From an uncultured cyanobacterium (lineage in GTDB: Bacteria; Cyanobacteriota; Cyanobacteriia; Cyanobacteriales; Cyanobacteriaceae): a stretch of 64,000 nucleotides of DNA. The DNA is taken from the NCBI GenBank assembly GCA_963749915.1, contig CAVVOP010000021.1, forward strand, positions 544,001 to 608,000. Direction: 5' to 3'. The stretch's first letter is position 1. Every line of letters begins with the position of its first letter. Below, one piece after another: positions 62,667 to 64,000 of the stretch. The translations under genes and the position numbers were made by a program. Below the pieces are notes generated by a model. It had not been told where the DNA came from and ran no database searches. It saw nothing but the letters and a program-made list of their open reading frames with translations.

Positions 62667-63275
62667 TCAATTCTCAACTGACATGACAAGTAAAGCGTTA
62701 ATGATCGCCGACGCTACCGTTGAGCCACCCTTATTACCGATAATTTGTATTTGGGGAATGTCTAACTTGGCTAAATATTCCTTAGATTCTAACACCGATA
62801 CAAATCCGACAGGTGCACCAATCACTAAAGACGGTTTAATTTTTTGTCCCTCGCATTGTTTACAAAGAGCTATCAGAGCAGTAGGTGCATTACCAATAAC
62901 GTAAATACCCTGGGGATATTTCTCACCGCACTGCAGTAAGCCTGTTTCCGTCAAAGTGTGTCCTTCTTCTGGCTGTTTTGCCTGTTTTACCGCAACAATA
63001 ATCTCGTTTCGATGAGTTTTTGCCACCATATTGCGGATACCTTCTTTTACCATGCTGACATCGGTTATTATTGGGATTTTTGCTGTTAAAGCAGCGATGG
63101 CAATATCAATGACCTTATGACTACAATAAAGTAGATGTAAAAAATCAAAGTCAGCGGTAGTGTGAATAATGCGACGGACAATATTATACTCAGGGGGGGT
63201 GAGATGATGTTCGCCGATAATCTCATCAATCATGGCAAAACTTTTTTCAATAATGGGGTTGCTTAAATTATGCAT
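62667..63275 (-). CDS. cobH: Precorrin-8X methylmutase
   Basis: RIIHTTADF, IGNAPTAL, GAPVGFV and GNKGGS motifs. Confidence 0.92.
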   Translation of the reverse strand: MHNLSNPIIEKSFAMIDEIIGEHHLTPPEYNIVRRIIHTTADFDFLHLLYCSHKVIDIAIAALTAKIPIITDVSMVKEGIRNMVAKTHRNEIIVAVKQAKQPEEGHTLTETGLLQCGEKYPQGIYVIGNAPTALIALCKQCEGQKIKPSLVIGAPVGFVSVLESKEYLAKLDIPQIQIIGNKGGSTVASAIINALLVMSVEN

Positions 63276-63355
63276 TATAGAAAATTTTGACGAATAATTA
63301 GCGTCGGAACATAATATTATCATGCCCTTACCCATGAGCAATTAGCTATCAACCG

Positions 63356-64000
63356 TCAATTAAGTTGAATAGTTGCCCATTCTGGTTCACGGATATAATT
63401 AATCATATCGGTAAATTTTCTCAACTCAAAATCTTGTAAATTGAAGATAGGGGGAGGAGTTTCTATCCAGTGATCATTGACCTCTTTTATGATAGATTCT
63501 ACATTTTCTAAGTCAATATTACCATCAATTTTATCAAAATAACCTAAAGTAACATGAGCGGCAAAGTCATATTGTTGATCAATACCTAGTTTGATAATTT
63601 GTTCGTTTTGGTAAATTAATTGACGCAATTTAATAATAGGTTCGTAGCTTTCTTCAGTAGGTGCAAGACATAGAGCAATTGCTCTTGGAAAAATAGATAA
63701 TCCTAGAACCTCTAGTTTTAATGTGTTTATATCTGATAGCGTTTGTTGATATTGTTTAAAAATTGTGGCAATTTCTAAAACTAATAATTCATCAAAATTA
63801 TTAGTTTCTTTAACAGCGTTAATATAATTTTTTTCCCAAATTAAATCTGCTAGGGTTAAGTGAAAACTTTCTGGGGGTAAACCTAAGAAAAAATCAGAAC
63901 CTAACTTTTTCATTAATTCCGATTGAATAACTTGTAAATGCTGATAAAATTCTTGATTCTTATTTTCTTCTGATGCTGGAGGAGTAATAACACTAAATCC
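63356..64000 (-). CDS. DUF1868 / 2H-phosphoesterase-fold protein (5' end outside the window)
   Basis: Frame open to the window edge (GFSVITPP); HLT and HVT 2H motifs. Confidence 0.8.
   Translation of the reverse strand, partial: GFSVITPPASEENKNQEFYQHLQVIQSELMKKLGSDFFLGLPPESFHLTLADLIWEKNYINAVKETNNFDELLVLEIATIFKQYQQTLSDINTLKLEVLGLSIFPRAIALCLAPTEESYEPIIKLRQLIYQNEQIIKLGIDQQYDFAAHVTLGYFDKIDGNIDLENVESIIKEVNDHWIETPPPIFNLQDFELRKFTDMINYIREPEWATIQLN

Noticed and set aside
525..62904. Short ORFs antisense to or nested in long genes (e.g. 525-731, 1074-1373, 8250-8588, 21640-21933, 45384-45725, 53295-53552, 62638-62904)
   Set aside because: They overlap well-supported genes and have no recognisable motifs; treated as shadow frames.
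1..64000. tRNA, rRNA or riboswitch genes
   Set aside because: No cloverleaf, rRNA or recognisable riboswitch consensus seen by eye; a covariance-model scan would be needed to exclude them.

Overview
AT-rich cyanobacterial chromosome segment. Many HIP1 (GCGATCGC) sites, heptamer STRR repeats and petCA/chlG/ocp/frp support this; a Cyanobacterium/Geminocystis-like host is a guess. Most of the window is ordinary housekeeping: rnj, an ABC exporter, cysS, GH57, dusB, ctaAB, cimA, crtW-ocp-frp, tsaE, uppP, rbp, glgC, tilS, cca, prx, speA, gmk, petCA, chlG, pilD and cobH. Two accessory islands stand out. (1) About 33.0-43.1 kb, between rbp and glgC, is a collapsed type III-B-like CRISPR-Cas locus. 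cas10/cmr2, cmr6(-cmr1), a CARF/HEPN-like gene, a WYL-type regulator and cas1 are all internally deleted or truncated, and cas2 is frameshifted. It also holds intact higBA, csx18 and DUF29, a leader with one full 36-bp repeat (plus perhaps one degenerate repeat), an IS4-split GT14 glycosyltransferase, a tnpB stub and an internally deleted ISAs1. (2) 51.2-54.5 kb is a composite transposon made of an IS1634-ended MITE and a full IS1634. It is flanked by a shared TTATAT target duplication and carries a BrnT/BrnA toxin-antitoxin pair and the domain V-VI end of a group II intron. A family of AGAC...GTCT MITEs with 3-bp AWT duplications, and a decayed cognate IS5-like transposase, is also present. 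All family assignments come from motif recognition by eye, not database searches.
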